Assembly: GCA_963755915.1 (NCBI GenBank)
Contig: CAVWLP010000002.1
Coordinates: 3,392,001-3,456,000, forward strand
Origin: an uncultured Phycisphaerales bacterium
Lineage (GTDB): Bacteria; Planctomycetota; Phycisphaerae; Tepidisphaerales; Tepidisphaeraceae
Direction: 5' to 3'
DNA length: 64,000 nucleotides
Position 1 is the stretch's first letter. Each line of letters starts with the position of its first letter. The notes beneath the pieces were generated by a model that saw only the letters and a program-made list of their open reading frames with translations, ran no database searches and was not told the origin of the DNA. This document shows, piece by piece, positions 41,698 through 53,690 of the stretch. The position numbers and the translations under genes were made by a program.

Positions 41698-43256
41698 TCA
41701 TCCTACCATCGCCTCCGCGATCTCGGATTTCTTGAAGGTATCCGGCCGCACTTCGTGAACGGGCATCCAGCGCGAAACGACCAGTTGCAATATCGCCACG
41801 CAGAGCATTCCGATGAAGACCCAGTGTAGGCCGGCGTCGATCATCCAGCCGGCGGAGTGGAGAACTTTCAGGGATAGCTGGGAGCGTAGATGGGGGTCGA
41901 GCAGCTTGGCGGGGGTTACGCCGGCGGATTCGAGGGCGGCGAGTTTTGGGAGGGTGACGATGTTGAAGATTGCGCCAGGATGCCGATTCCCATGGAGCCG
42001 CCGGCGGTTCGGAAGAACTGGATGCTGCTGGTGACGATTCCGCGGCGCTGCCAGCTTACGGCGTTTTGAGCGGAGAGGAGAAAGCTCATGGTGCAGGGGC
42101 CGAATCCGAAGCCGGTTAAGGCGAGAACGCCGGCGAGGACGTGCTTGGAGGCGCCGTAGGCGGTGCAGACGAGCAAGCCGCTGAAGCCAATGGTGACGAG
42201 GACTGAGCCAAGCATTGCTACGTTGCGGAAGCCCCAGCGGACGACGAGGGGGGCGGCGATGATTCCGGAGAGGGCCCAGGTGAGCATGACCGGAGTGACG
42301 ACCCAGGCGGCGGCGCCGGCGCCGCCGAGGCGGACGCCCTGAACGTAGAGCGGGACGAAGGTGTCGAGGCTTAGAAAACCGATTCCCATCAGACAGCTTC
42401 CGAGGAGGGACGGGCCGATGGATCGGTTCATGAGCAAATCGACGGGCATGATGGGATTGGTCGATTGGCGCTCGTTGGCGACGAAAAAGCAACCAGCCAC
42501 GATGGCCACGGCAAGAAGCGCGAGGGAGATTCCCAGCGACCATCCGCCGGGGCCCAGGCGGGAGACCAGGGCCAAGAGGGCCATACATCCGACGGCTAAT
42601 GAGACGATGCCGGGCAAGTCCAGGTCTACGTTTCGCGATTTTTCCGTGTCGTGATAGAAGCGCATGAGGACCAGCATCCCCAACAGGCCGAAGGGGAGAT
42701 TCACGAAGAAGATCGCCCGCCAGCCGAGGGTTGCGATCAGAAACCAACCGAGGATTGGGCCGGCCAGGGAAGACGTTCCCCAGACGCCGCTGAAAAGACC
42801 CTGGATGCGGGCGCGTTCTTCGAGGGTGAAAATGTCACCAAGGATGGTCAGGACGACCGGCATGATCCCGCCGGCGCCGAGTCCCTGCATTCCGCGGAAG
42901 GCGATCAATTGCGGCATCGTCCGCGCGGTTGATGCCAGCAGCGAGCTGATGGAGAAGAGGAGGATGGAAAAGAGGATGACGCGCTTGCGGCCGAGTGTGT
43001 CGGCAAGGCGGCCATAGAGCGGCATGCTCACGGTGCAGGCGAGCAGATAGATTGAGGCGACCCAGGAATAATGTTCGAGCCCGTGGAGCGATCCGATGAT
43101 GGTCGGCATGGCGGTGCTGGTGACGGTTTGCTCCATCGACGCGAGCACCATCACCAGCATGAGCGCGGCGGTGACCCATCTGCGGTCCATGCGTGGGCCG
43201 GTTTTCCGCGCCTGGACGATTTGAACGGGGGACGGGGGGACCATGTCGACGGACAT
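41698..43256 (-). CDS. MFS drug:H+ antiporter (DHA2, EmrB/QacA-like), frameshift ~41975
   Basis: QTVTSTAMPTI, WVASIYLL, GRLADTLGRK, WRAIFFVNLPFG. Confidence 0.9.
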
Positions 43257-43576
43257 GGCGCCGTTTCCTGAAGAATTTGTGTGTCTTGCCCCCATTACCG
43301 GCTCCGCCGGTTTCAAGCCCTCCATTGGACTGTCCATGTATTTCCAACATCCTTCCGGAAAAACGCTGCGTCACTAATACATCGGAAAGTATATGCCGGT
43401 TTCGTGCGTCAAGGCGACGTACCCCAATTTTGGGGCATTGGCGACCGAGCGTCGCGGAAGATAAAACTTCGCAAAATTCAGCGGAATTTCTTGCATTCCC
43501 GACCCGATTCGATAGGATTTTGCGGTCGGGTTTCTCCCATCATTTCACCCAGGTTGTTTACAAAGGGAAGGGAAAA

Positions 43577-46500
43577 ATGAGCGCTCCGCAAACCGGTTCC
43601 TCGGCTGTCCGATCCTCTACGTTTTTGAAAAATTCAGCAGCTTCACACAAACGACGGCGAGTTGCGGCGACGGCGATCGTCTCGGCGATCGCCCTGGTCG
43701 ACTGCACTTCCCGCGTGATGGGGGCGACGCAGACCTCTACATGGGTCGGTGCTTCCAGCTCCAGTTGGAGCAGCGCGACGAACTGGAACCCGAGCAACAC
43801 GGATCCCAACAACGGCAGCGACTCGATCAGCGACTTCAACGTCATCATCAACTCAGTCACGTCGCCGGATGTCTCGCCCACGCTGAATGTTTCGGCAACG
43901 ATCGATTCGATGACGCTTGGCACGGGTGGGTCCCTGAACATCCAGGGCGGCAACAACCTGACGCTGAATGGCCCCACGCTTTCCAACAATGGCGTTATCG
44001 TCGTCAATAACAATCAAAGTTCCTTCTCCACTCTTACATTGACCGGCACACTTTCGGGAAATGGCACGGTTTCGCTCAACGAGGGGAGCACCCAGGCCGT
44101 CCTCGCGGGAACGATCACGCAATCTACCGGCCAAACGATCAGTGGCTTTGGGGAGATAACCGCCAGTCTGACCAACAATGGCACGGTTGACGCCAATACG
44201 TCAAGCCAGACCTTATCCCTGGTCACCAGCACAATGATCAATAGCGCGACAATGGAGGCCACCGGCGGTGGAACCCTTGCAATTAACGGGATTGATGTCG
44301 CTCAGACCGGTGGACAAATCGTCGCGTCCAACGGGGTTGTGGAACTGGTCGGCGGCGGACAGATTTCTGGCGGGACGGTCACCAGCACCCTGGGGGGTGT
44401 TGTCGAGGTCGCCAACTCCACCAGTGGACTGACCAATGTCACCAACTCCGGCACGATCAACATTGTGGGCGGCTCGAATCTCGACGTGAGCGGAACCTTA
44501 GCCAACAACGGCACGATCACCGTCAACAGCAACAACTCGTCTAGTTCGGAGATGAGCTTCAGTGGAGTAACCCTTTCGGGCACGGGCGCGATCGTGCTCA
44601 ATTCTTCGGGCACCGGCGCCAATATTGCCGGAACGCTTACACAGGACGCGGGTCACACCATCAGCGGATTTGGCGAGATCACCGCGAGCCTGACCAACGA
44701 CGGTGTGGTTAACGCCAACTCCTCCAGCCAGACGCTCTCTCTTACGTCCAACATGAACAACAACGCCACGATGGAGGCGACCGGGGGGGGATACTGGCCC
44801 TCGGCGGCACCAATGTTCATGTCACACAGAATGCGAGCGGCGACATTCTGGCATCGAATGGAGTGGTCGATCTCATTAACGGGGACGTCGTCGCCGGTGG
44901 GACACTGAACACGTCTTCGGGCGGCGTTATACAGGTGATCAATTCCAGTACCGCCGGGCTCAGCGGCGACCCGACGAACTCGGGCACGCTTAATATTGTG
45001 GGCGGTTCAAATCTGAACGTCAGCGGAAACCTGACCAATAACGGTACCATCACCGTTAACAGTAATAATTCGTCGAGCTCGACGATCAACTTCACCGGAA
45101 CGACGCTTTCCGGGAGCGGTGGGATTGTGCTTAACGCTCCAACCGCGCAGGCTGTCGTGGCTGGAATGGTGACCCAATCCAGCGGCAATAGCATCAGCGG
45201 CTTTGGAGAGATCACCGCATCGCTCACGAATAATGGCCTGGTCAATGCCAACATTGCTTCCGATACCCTCGTCGTCAGCAGTTCCACCTTGACTAATACT
45301 GCCACGATGGAAGCGACCAGCGGAACGCTGGAATTCACGAATGGGGTTGTGGTCACCAACACGGGCGGCAACATCAACGCGGTGGGGGAAAACATTGTTC
45401 TGGACAGCGTGTCAATTACCGGCGGAATTCTCAATTCGAGCAGTCCACAAGTGATTCTGGACAACGGCGGCGCAACATTTGGCGCATTGACGATTTCCGC
45501 CAATACAACGGTTGATGTCGCCGGGGGATCGGTCCTTACGCTCACCGGGACGTCCCTGACCAACGACGGGACGATCAATATAAATTACCTCAACGGGAGC
45601 TTTTCCACGCTTCAAGTGAATGCGAATACGCTGCTGACAGGAACTGGCAGCGTGACCCTGGATGCGCCCACCACCCAAGCGGTTATTGCCACGGGGACGA
45701 GCGACACGCTCACACAGGATGTGCAGCACACGATTTCCGGGTTCGGGGAGATTACGGCCGATTTTGTGAACAATGGAACGGTTGACGCGAACGTCGCCAG
45801 CCAGACGCTCGCGTTATTGACCAACAATATGACCAACAACGCCACGATGGAAGCAACCGCCAACGGTGTGCTGGAGATCGACGGGATCACGGTGACGCAG
45901 GGAACGAACGGCCATATCACCGCGTCGGGCGCGGCGAGCATTGTGAGCCTCGTTGGCGGCGCGACAATCTCGGGAGGAACACTCACCACCTCCGGTGGCG
46001 GCGTCATCCAGGCGACGACCTCCAGTACCGATGCACTCACGGGTGACCCGACCAATTCCGGTACGTTCAACATTGTGGGCGGCTCAAATCTCAGCGTCAG
46101 CGGAAACCTGATCAACAACGGCACCATCACCGTCAACAGCAATGATTCGTCGAGTTCAACCATTACCTTCACGGGAACGACGCTTTCCGGCACAGGCACG
46201 ATGGCGCTTAACGGCGCCACTGCTCAGGCTGTCATTGCCGGAACGCTCAGCCAATCCTCGACGAATACGATCATCGGGCTTGGAGAAATCACGGCCGCGC
46301 TTACCAACAACGGCACGGTGGACGCCGACTTCAGCAGCCAAAGCATCACGCTGCTCACCGGTAACATGACGAACAACGGAACAATGGAAGCCACCAGCGG
46401 CGCGACTCTGAACATAGATGGCATCACGCTCACCCAGGGGAGCGCCGGCCACGTGATTGCCAATAATTCCACCGTCGATCTCATCGCCGGGGCCACCATT

Positions 46501-47943
46501 TCGGGTGGAACCCTGACGACATTGTCCAGCGGCGTTATCCAGGCGACCAATTCCAGCACCGATACCCTCGAGGGTGACCCGACCAATTTGGGCACGTTTG
46601 ACATTGTGGGCGGTTCGAATCTGAACGTCAGCGGAAACCTGACCAACAACGGCACCATCGACGTCAACAGTGCTGATTCGTCGTTCTCAACGCTTACCTT
46701 CACGGGAACGACGCTCTCCGGCACGGGCGGGATCTTGCTCAACGGCGCCACTACCCAGGCCGTCATTGCGGGGACGCTCAGCCAATCTTCCACGAATACG
46801 ATCAGCGGGCTTGGAGAAATCACGGCCGCGCTCACCAACAACGGGACGGTGGACGCCAACTTCAGCAGCGCTACCCTCACGCTGCTGACCAGCAACATGA
46901 CGAACAACGCGACGATGGAGGCCACCAGCGGCGGGACTTTGAACATCGATGGCATCATGCTCACGCAGGGGAGCGGCGGTCAGGTCGTCGCCAATAATTC
47001 CACTGTCGACCTCCTCGGCAACGCGACCATTTCGGGCGGAACCCTGACCACGCCTTCCGGCGGCGTCATTCAGGCGATCAATTCCAGCACCGATTCCCTG
47101 ATTGGCGTAACCAATTCCGGCACATTCAATATTGTCGGCGGGTCGAACCTGACAGTTTCCGGCGGTCTGGTGAACAATGGAACCATCACAGTTAATTCCA
47201 ACACGTCTTCCTCTTCCACCCTCAGCGCAAACAGCGCGATCACAGGCACCGGCTCGCTGGTCATTAACGATGGCGGCGTTTTGCGCTTCGCGGTAAACAC
47301 CGGCGGCAGCAGCCAGGGTTCCGTGACAATTTCGGGCAACGGCCAGATGGACGTGAACAACAATCATTTCTTCATCAATTACGGTTCCGGTTCAGACCCG
47401 ATCGCGACGATCTATGGTTATCTGAAATCGGGCTACAACAGCGGCGGCTGGAATGGCCCGGGCATCATGTCCACAGCCGCGGCAACCGAGGACGCCACTG
47501 TTGGAGCCCTGAAGTACGGCATCGGCTGGGCGGACGGGAAGGACAAAATTGCTACTGGCATCAGCTCCGGAACGATCGAGCTGAAATATACGCTACTCGG
47601 CGATGCGAACCTGGATGGCACGGTCAACGGATCGGACTTCAGCCTCCTTGCGGCCAATTTCGGGCTGGGCGTCACCAACTGGGACCAGGGGAATTTCCTG
47701 TTCACCTCTTCGGTCAACGGGAGCGATTTCAGTGCTCTGGCCGCGAATTTCGGGCAGGGGGATAGCGGGGCGGATGCGTCGATTACCCCGGCCGATATTG
47801 CCGCGCTGGACGCATTTGCGGTGGCGAATGGCCTGCCTATTCCCGTCATTACTCCGGTGCCCGAACCGGCCTGCATGGCGGCGACAGTTATAGCAGCAGC
47901 CACGCTCGCGTCTCGCCGGCGGCGTCGGTCTTCCTTGAGCTGA
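43577..47943 (+). CDS. Large repetitive beta-helix surface protein with dockerin-like domain and PEP-CTERM (~1450 aa), frameshift at G8 44783-44790
   Basis: About 7 repeats of ~177 aa (NIVGGSNL...ISGFGEITA...ATMEAT); GDANLDGTVNGSDF; VPEP-TM-RRRRR. Confidence 0.85.
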
Positions 47944-47965
47944 GGGGTCGCGCGAGAAAGGGAAT

Positions 47966-48994
47966 TCAGCGCGGCGCGTTGTTGCCCACGGGCGCTCCGC
48001 TGGTGGATCCGCGCACAATCAGGTGCTCGGGGAGCCGAAATTCCCGCGGTGTCAGGGGCTTGGGGGAGACAAGGTCATTGAGAAGAATTTCGGCCGCCAG
48101 GCGTCCCATTTCCCGGCCGGGGACCGCCACGGTGGTGATCGCGGGGCAGATCGTCGACATTGGAAAAACGTCGTTGAAGCAGACGAGGCTCAGGTCCATC
48201 GGAATCCGCAGGCCCATCGCCTGGGCGGCGCCGAGAATCATGAAAGCGACGTGATGGTCGTAGGCGACGATTGCCGTGGCCCCGGCGCTCATGATGTCGC
48301 GCACGAATTGTCCGGGGGCGTGGGTTTGAAAGGGCTGATCGTGGCCCGGCGCCAGCCGCAGATGGACGGATGGGGCGAACTCCACCAGGGTCTTGTGCCG
48401 TTCCTGCATGCTGTAATGCGGGAAGTAATAGCTGGGGGCGTTTGCGTAGGCGATCAGCTCATGATGGCAGTCGGAGAGGTGGAGCAGGATGCTCTTCATT
48501 CCCGAGACGTCGTCCGCCATCACCCAGGCCGCGGGATTTCCGATGCGCTCGTTGACGCAGACGTAGGGGACGTGGCGGAGGTCGAGTTCGTCAACGATTT
48601 CCTGGCGGGGGGCCTGCATCAGGACGGCGCCGTCGAACCGCCAGAAGGGAACGGGATTTTTGGTTCGTCGCCGGCGGCTGAGGCCATAGAAAACGTCGTA
48701 CCCGGCGGTGTGGAGAATCTCGGTGATGCCTTCGACCAGCGATTCGTTGATTCCATCGGCCAGGTGCGTGTGGGGGGAGGCGAAGAGGCCGACCACGCGG
48801 GAATTTCGCATGCTCAGGTTCCGCGCACTGATGTCGGGGACGTAGCCGAGTTTCGCGGCGGTATCCTGAATTTTTTCGCGGACGGCAGGGGAGGTGGAGA
48901 AATTTGTATGATTGTTCAGGACGCGACTGACCGTGGCCGGAGTGACGCTGCAAAGACGCGCGATATCGGCGATCATTGGACGCTTTTGCACCAC
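47966..48994 (-). CDS. LacI family transcriptional regulator
   Basis: IADIARLCSVTPATVSRVLN, LGYVPD..AR.L, IP.DLSLVCFND, LIVRGST. Confidence 0.93.
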   Translation of the reverse strand: MVQKRPMIADIARLCSVTPATVSRVLNNHTNFSTSPAVREKIQDTAAKLGYVPDISARNLSMRNSRVVGLFASPHTHLADGINESLVEGITEILHTAGYDVFYGLSRRRRTKNPVPFWRFDGAVLMQAPRQEIVDELDLRHVPYVCVNERIGNPAAWVMADDVSGMKSILLHLSDCHHELIAYANAPSYYFPHYSMQERHKTLVEFAPSVHLRLAPGHDQPFQTHAPGQFVRDIMSAGATAIVAYDHHVAFMILGAAQAMGLRIPMDLSLVCFNDVFPMSTICPAITTVAVPGREMGRLAAEILLNDLVSPKPLTPREFRLPEHLIVRGSTSGAPVGNNAPR

Positions 48995-49126
48995 CCCAAA
49001 AGTATACAACACCCCTTCTCAGGCGGGAAATTTTCCCGACATCGGCGCACACCCAAATGCCCGTCCTATCCGGACATATATTCCATCTTCACTTTTTCGC
49101 GATGGTAGCTTTCCCAAGCCTTCAGA

Positions 49127-50133
49127 TCATGGCTTCGGCGGGCCAGTGGACCCGCGGACGATCAGATCCTCGGCAACGCGCACCTCCTTCCCGATGTTTC
49201 TGCTGGGAGAAATGAATTGATTCAGCAGCAGGTCCGCAGCCATCCGGCCCATCTCCCGGCCAGGGACCGAGACGACTGACAAGGGGGGATAGAGCGTGGC
49301 CACGGGAAAGACGTCGTTGAAGCAGACGAGGCTGAAGTCGAAGGGAACGCGCAGGCCCATTTCCTGCGCGGCGCCAGGAGGGTGATCGCGCGCTTGTGAT
49401 CGTAGGCGATCACCGCGGTGGCCGATTGCTTCACGACGGTTTTCAGGAGGAATTCCGAGGCGCAGTGGCAGGGCGTTTCGTGCCCGCTGACCAGCTCGAG
49501 GCTGCCGCCGGCGGCGGCGAGCAGGGTGTTGTAGCGGTCCATGACGCTGTAGTGCCTGGGCTCGGCGATTCGCGCGTTGGCGTAGGCAAAACGCCGGTGG
49601 CCGAGCTGCACGAGGTGGTCGATGGCGCGGTTCATGCCCATCACGTCGTCGGCAAGGACGTAGGCGGTTGCCTGTCCGACCCGCTCGTTGACGCAGACGT
49701 AGGGAACGCCGCGGGTGTCGAGTTCGATGACGGTATCGGGCTTGGGGTCCTGCATGAGGACGGCGCCGTCGAATCGCCAGGGAGGCAGGCGCTCGCGGGT
49801 TTTGTGGATGGGGGTCATCTCGAAGAAGACTTCGTAGCCGCCGCTATGCAGCGTCTCGACGATTCCTTCGATCAGGGGCTCGTTGATCCCCTCGGCGACA
49901 TGGGTTCGCGGGGAGGCGAATAAGCCGACGACGTTGGTATTTCCGGTGCTCAGGGAGCGGGCGTTGGGGTCTGGGCGATAGCCGAGATCTTGTGTGGCGA
50001 TCAGGATTTTCTGGCGCACTTCCTCCGTGGTGGAGAAATTGTTGTCGCGTTTGTGGTTGAGGACGCGACTGACCGTGGCGGCGCTCACCCCGCAGCTTCT
50101 GGCGACATCTGACAACGTCGGACGCTTGTCCAC
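49127..50133 (-). CDS. LacI family transcriptional regulator (paralog), frameshift ~49365
   Basis: TLSDVARSCGVSAATVSRVLN, LGYRPD..AR.L; VPFDFSLVCFND and LIVRGST in the second frame. Confidence 0.9.
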
Positions 50134-50173
50134 CGGTACTACACTCCCCGCGGTAGAAAAAAGTGGTTGCAGA

Positions 50174-52213
50174 TCATGTGCGCCGTTTCCGCCGGGCGGA
50201 GAGCGCGGTTCCGCAAACCAGCAGCAGGCCGACCGATGCCGGCTCGGGAACGGCGCCGATGACCGGCGCCGGCAATCCGTTGGCCGCGGCAAACGCGTCC
50301 AGCGCGGCGACGTCGGCGGGGGTGACCAGGTCGTCGGCGCCGCTGTCGCCCTGTCCGAAATTCGCTGCCAACGCCGAGAAATCGCTGCCGTTTACCGACG
50401 AGGAGAAGAGGAAGTTTCCCTGGTCCCAGTTGGTGACGCCCAGGCCGAAATTGGCGGCGAGGATGCTGAAGTCGGAGCCGTTTACACTTCCGTCAAGGTT
50501 GGCATCGCCGACGAGCGTATATTTGAGCTCGATCTGCCCGCTGGAAAGGCCGGCGACGGCGTGGGTTCCGTCATCGCCGTCCGCGAAACCGACGCCGTAT
50601 TGGAGGCCGTTGGTGGGGACCTGTGCGGCCGAGGAAATGATTCCCGGCCCGTTCCATGCGCCGTTGTTGAAGCCCGATTTCAGATAGCCGTAAATCGATG
50701 ACAGCGGATCGCTGTTGCTGCCGTAATTGATGAAAATGTGGTTGTTGGCGATGTCCAGCGTGGCGTTGCCGCTGATCGTGAGGCTGGAAAGCGTTTCGCC
50801 CGTGGCGTTGGTCGCGAGCTGAAGCAGGCCGCCGGTGATGTTGACGTTGCTGTTGGCGGGGAGGGCGGAGGCTTTGCTGATGAGAAGCGTTCCACCGGTG
50901 ACGGTTGTCCCGCCGCCGTAAGTGTTGGAGCCGCTGAGGGCGACGGTTCCGGCACTGAGGGCCATGGTGGTGGAGACCAGGTCGATTCCGCCGTTGCCGC
51001 TGATGTTGCCGGAAATGGTGAAGGTGTTGGTGGCCTGGCCGACGGCGATGTCGACGCTTGTCGCGAGGCTTACCGGAGCGGAAATGGTGTGGTTGCCGAA
51101 CGCGTCGTTGATTTGGGCGACGGCATTGGTGGTGGTGAGCGTAGAGGCCGCGAAGTTCTGGCTGTAGGTGAGACTGGGCGTGTTGCCGTTGAGGGTAAGA
51201 GTTCCACCCGTGCCCTGGGCGATGGTGTAGGAGACTCCGCTGGTGAAGTTCATCGTTCCAACGCTGACCTGGAATTCCTCGTCGCCGTTGAGCGTGATGG
51301 TCGTGGGGACTCCGATCGAGTTGCCGAATGTGACGATATCGCCGGGATTGGAGGGGAGCGATGTTCCATTCCAGTTGGTGAGCGTGCCCCAGTGATAGGT
51401 GCCGTCGGCGTTCATCCCTGCCTGGTTGGTCCAGGTGGCGTTGACCTGATTGTTGTTGAGGCGGAAGTTGTCGAAATGAAAGGTGCCGACGACGTTGGAG
51501 CTGGTAACCAGAATGAATTCCACCCATTGTGGGTCGGGCCCGATGAGTTGGCTGAGCGTTTGGGTTGAGCCGGAGGGAACATAATCGCCGTAGTCCCAGA
51601 TGAGGGTGCGGGTTGTGGTGCCGGGATAGTCGGTCGGGTCCCAGCCGCCCGGGAAGTTCTGGTTTGAAGTGTCGTAGGCGGGAAAGCCCTGGTAACTCTG
51701 CTCGCCCTTAGGACTCAGGGTGAGAAAGCCGTTGTTCGTGCCGCCCGCGCTGGAATAGTTGATGACCAATCCGAGGTTTGCATAGTTGGCGCCGGACCAC
51801 TCGGCGGAGTTGTAGGTGACATCCATTTCATAGAATTTGTTGTCGACAACGTCTTGCAGGGCACTGTTGCCTTGGGCGTCGTTCTCCCACTCGCTTTTCC
51901 AGGAGAGGCCCTGGTAATAGCCGGAGGTATTGGCGGTGGGCCCGGTGAAGGCGAGGGCGGAGGAGCCAAGCGTCGCGCCTTCTGAGCTGTAGGTGTAAAA
52001 GGGGGACGGCAAATCGACGCTGGGGGTGGCGCCGGGGTTGTAATTGTTGTCGCTTCCGCCGTTGCTGATTGTCCAATCGAAGAATCCCTCGTTATTGCCG
52101 TTCTCAAAATCCCCGACGGTGATATAGGCGCGTGCCGCCGCGGACCAGAGCGCCGTCGCGGCCAGCGAGCCGGCGAGGCATATTGCCTTGGCGTTTTTCT
52201 TTCGGATCGACAT
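50174..52213 (-). CDS. PEP-CTERM surface protein: CBM-like N-domain, autotransporter-type beta repeat, dockerin-like domain
   Basis: Signal peptide; DFENG...FHFDNFRL; LSGSNTYGGGTTVTGGTL; GDANLDGSVNGSDF; VPEP-TM-RRKRR. Confidence 0.85.
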   Translation of the reverse strand: MSIRKKNAKAICLAGSLAATALWSAAARAYITVGDFENGNNEGFFDWTISNGGSDNNYNPGATPSVDLPSPFYTYSSEGATLGSSALAFTGPTANTSGYYQGLSWKSEWENDAQGNSALQDVVDNKFYEMDVTYNSAEWSGANYANLGLVINYSSAGGTNNGFLTLSPKGEQSYQGFPAYDTSNQNFPGGWDPTDYPGTTTRTLIWDYGDYVPSGSTQTLSQLIGPDPQWVEFILVTSSNVVGTFHFDNFRLNNNQVNATWTNQAGMNADGTYHWGTLTNWNGTSLPSNPGDIVTFGNSIGVPTTITLNGDEEFQVSVGTMNFTSGVSYTIAQGTGGTLTLNGNTPSLTYSQNFAASTLTTTNAVAQINDAFGNHTISAPVSLATSVDIAVGQATNTFTISGNISGNGGIDLVSTTMALSAGTVALSGSNTYGGGTTVTGGTLLISKASALPANSNVNITGGLLQLATNATGETLSSLTISGNATLDIANNHIFINYGSNSDPLSSIYGYLKSGFNNGAWNGPGIISSAAQVPTNGLQYGVGFADGDDGTHAVAGLSSGQIELKYTLVGDANLDGSVNGSDFSILAANFGLGVTNWDQGNFLFSSSVNGSDFSALAANFGQGDSGADDLVTPADVAALDAFAAANGLPAPVIGAVPEPASVGLLLVCGTALSARRKRRT

Positions 52214-52289
52214 GGGCCCTCCAGTTTCGATTCCAGGTTTCCTCTTACCAACCTCCGCAATTCCTACGCCGGTTGCGGGCTTAATCGCC

Positions 52290-53354
52290 TTATTGATTCC
52301 TGTTGACTAAAAGATTCTTCAAAAGCAGTGATGAAGTGTTGTTGTGCGGATTGAACGCGTAGGTTTCGACGTGCCCATCAACCATCAAGGCATTGGCGGC
52401 AGTATTCCCCAGGTGCCGGAAGCGGATGTTGCGGGCGTTGCAGGGCAGCCCTTTGGGGTCGGTCCCGGCGGGATTGCCGTCGTCCTGGTTCACGTGGGCA
52501 AGTGAATCCGAGACCGCGGCGAAGACGTCGCCAAGCGGCACGGGCGTGGCCTGATTTACATTGCCCGGTATGAGGCTGTAATTGTTGTTGGTAAGCGCGC
52601 CGAAGTTCGAACTGAAATATATCCAGCCGTCGCAGAGGCCTTCGCCAACTGGAGTTCCCCCGTTTCCCGAGACGCGCCAGGAACCGCTGGTCATCTGCGC
52701 CAGCGACCCGTCCATGACCAGGGCGATCTGCGCAGACAGGTTGATTTTCGCTATTTTGTAGGGGACCAGAAACTTCGGATTGGTGATGATGTTGAAGAGC
52801 GCATCGTAGTCGCCAAGGGCGGGCATCAAACGGGGATGACAGATGTACTGGTAAGTCAGGTTGTTGGGGTCATATTGAGGGCCCGGCGGCGCGCTGGGGC
52901 ACATGAACACCTGGCGCACTCTGCTTTGAATCTGGTTCTGGCTTTGGGTTCCGCTGTTGTAGGTGCTGCTGACGGAGCCGTTGAGATCATTTTGAATTAA
53001 AGTCGTCCAGTCCGACCCGTTGACCCAACCGGCCGGCGGCGTGCTGGCCCAATTCGGGTTGGCGTTGGGATTTCCCGCTCCATATCCAGTCCAAATTCCG
53101 TAGGGAAGCGTCCCGCTGTTATCGATGAGGTAGATGTTGATCGCCTGTCCGATTTGCCGCAGATTCGACTGGCAGGCGACGAGGTTGGCCTGTTCGCGAG
53201 CCCGTTGCAATGCCGGCAGGAGGACTGCCACCAAGATCGCGATAATTCCAATAACAACCAGAAGCTCGACAAGGGTGAAGGCCCCGGTCCGTTTCCCCTC
53301 TCTCCTGCAACGCCCGATTTTTCCGCTGTGCGGTTGAATTGTGGTGTTTTTCAT
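52290..53354 (-). CDS. Prepilin-type N-methylation protein (DUF1559 / H-X9-DG family)
   Basis: [31 protein letters not shown]....C.SNLRQIG; F.CPS; RH...[10 protein letters not shown]. Confidence 0.92.
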   Translation of the reverse strand: MKNTTIQPHSGKIGRCRREGKRTGAFTLVELLVVIGIIAILVAVLLPALQRAREQANLVACQSNLRQIGQAINIYLIDNSGTLPYGIWTGYGAGNPNANPNWASTPPAGWVNGSDWTTLIQNDLNGSVSSTYNSGTQSQNQIQSRVRQVFMCPSAPPGPQYDPNNLTYQYICHPRLMPALGDYDALFNIITNPKFLVPYKIAKINLSAQIALVMDGSLAQMTSGSWRVSGNGGTPVGEGLCDGWIYFSSNFGALTNNNYSLIPGNVNQATPVPLGDVFAAVSDSLAHVNQDDGNPAGTDPKGLPCNARNIRFRHLGNTAANALMVDGHVETYAFNPHNNTSSLLLKNLLVNRNQ

Positions 53355-53432
53355 GGATAGACCATCTCCGCCAGGGCCACAGTCTTTCCTGTCGCCGGGT
53401 TTGAATGCCGTGGGCACTCAAATCGACATGCT

Positions 53433-53450
53433 TAGGTAACCGTTTACCTA
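53433..53450. promoter_or_regulatory. LacI-type operator O1
   Basis: TAGGTAACCGTTTACCTA palindrome with central CG, immediately downstream of a minus-strand TTGACT-N16-TACTGT promoter (53477..53450). Confidence 0.8.
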
Positions 53451-53480
53451 CAGTATATTCCGGCAGATTTTAGTCAATAG

Positions 53481-53510
53481 AAAAAGCGCGGGAATTTTTG
53501 AAACCCGCGC
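53481..53510 (-). terminator. Rho-independent terminator
   Basis: Minus strand GCGCGGG-loop-CCCGCGC-TTTTT downstream of the 53691 gene. Confidence 0.6.
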
Positions 53511-53690
53511 ACATTGCTGGTATTTCCGTACAGGAATTGACGTTGATTGCAGATGAATTACGATCGCGGCTTGGCCAGAAACCGTTTCATCCAGAAACGG
53601 TGTCATCCGGGGACCGGCGCTGCTGTCGCCCGATCCCCGGATGTTCCGTGTGCCCTATTGAACGCGATCTGGAGGGAGATCGCACCAAGC

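Noticed and set aside
44783-44790. G8 tract frameshifting the giant surface protein, a possible phase-variation switch
   Set aside because: It cannot be distinguished from the background indel error in this assembly; read-level length heterogeneity from accurate reads would be needed.
47340-50770. Inverted homologous gene ends as an invertible (shufflon-like) segment flipping the LacI pair
   Set aside because: The similarity is riddled with synonymous changes, there is no recombinase nearby and no crossover-site motif, so protein-level conservation explains it.
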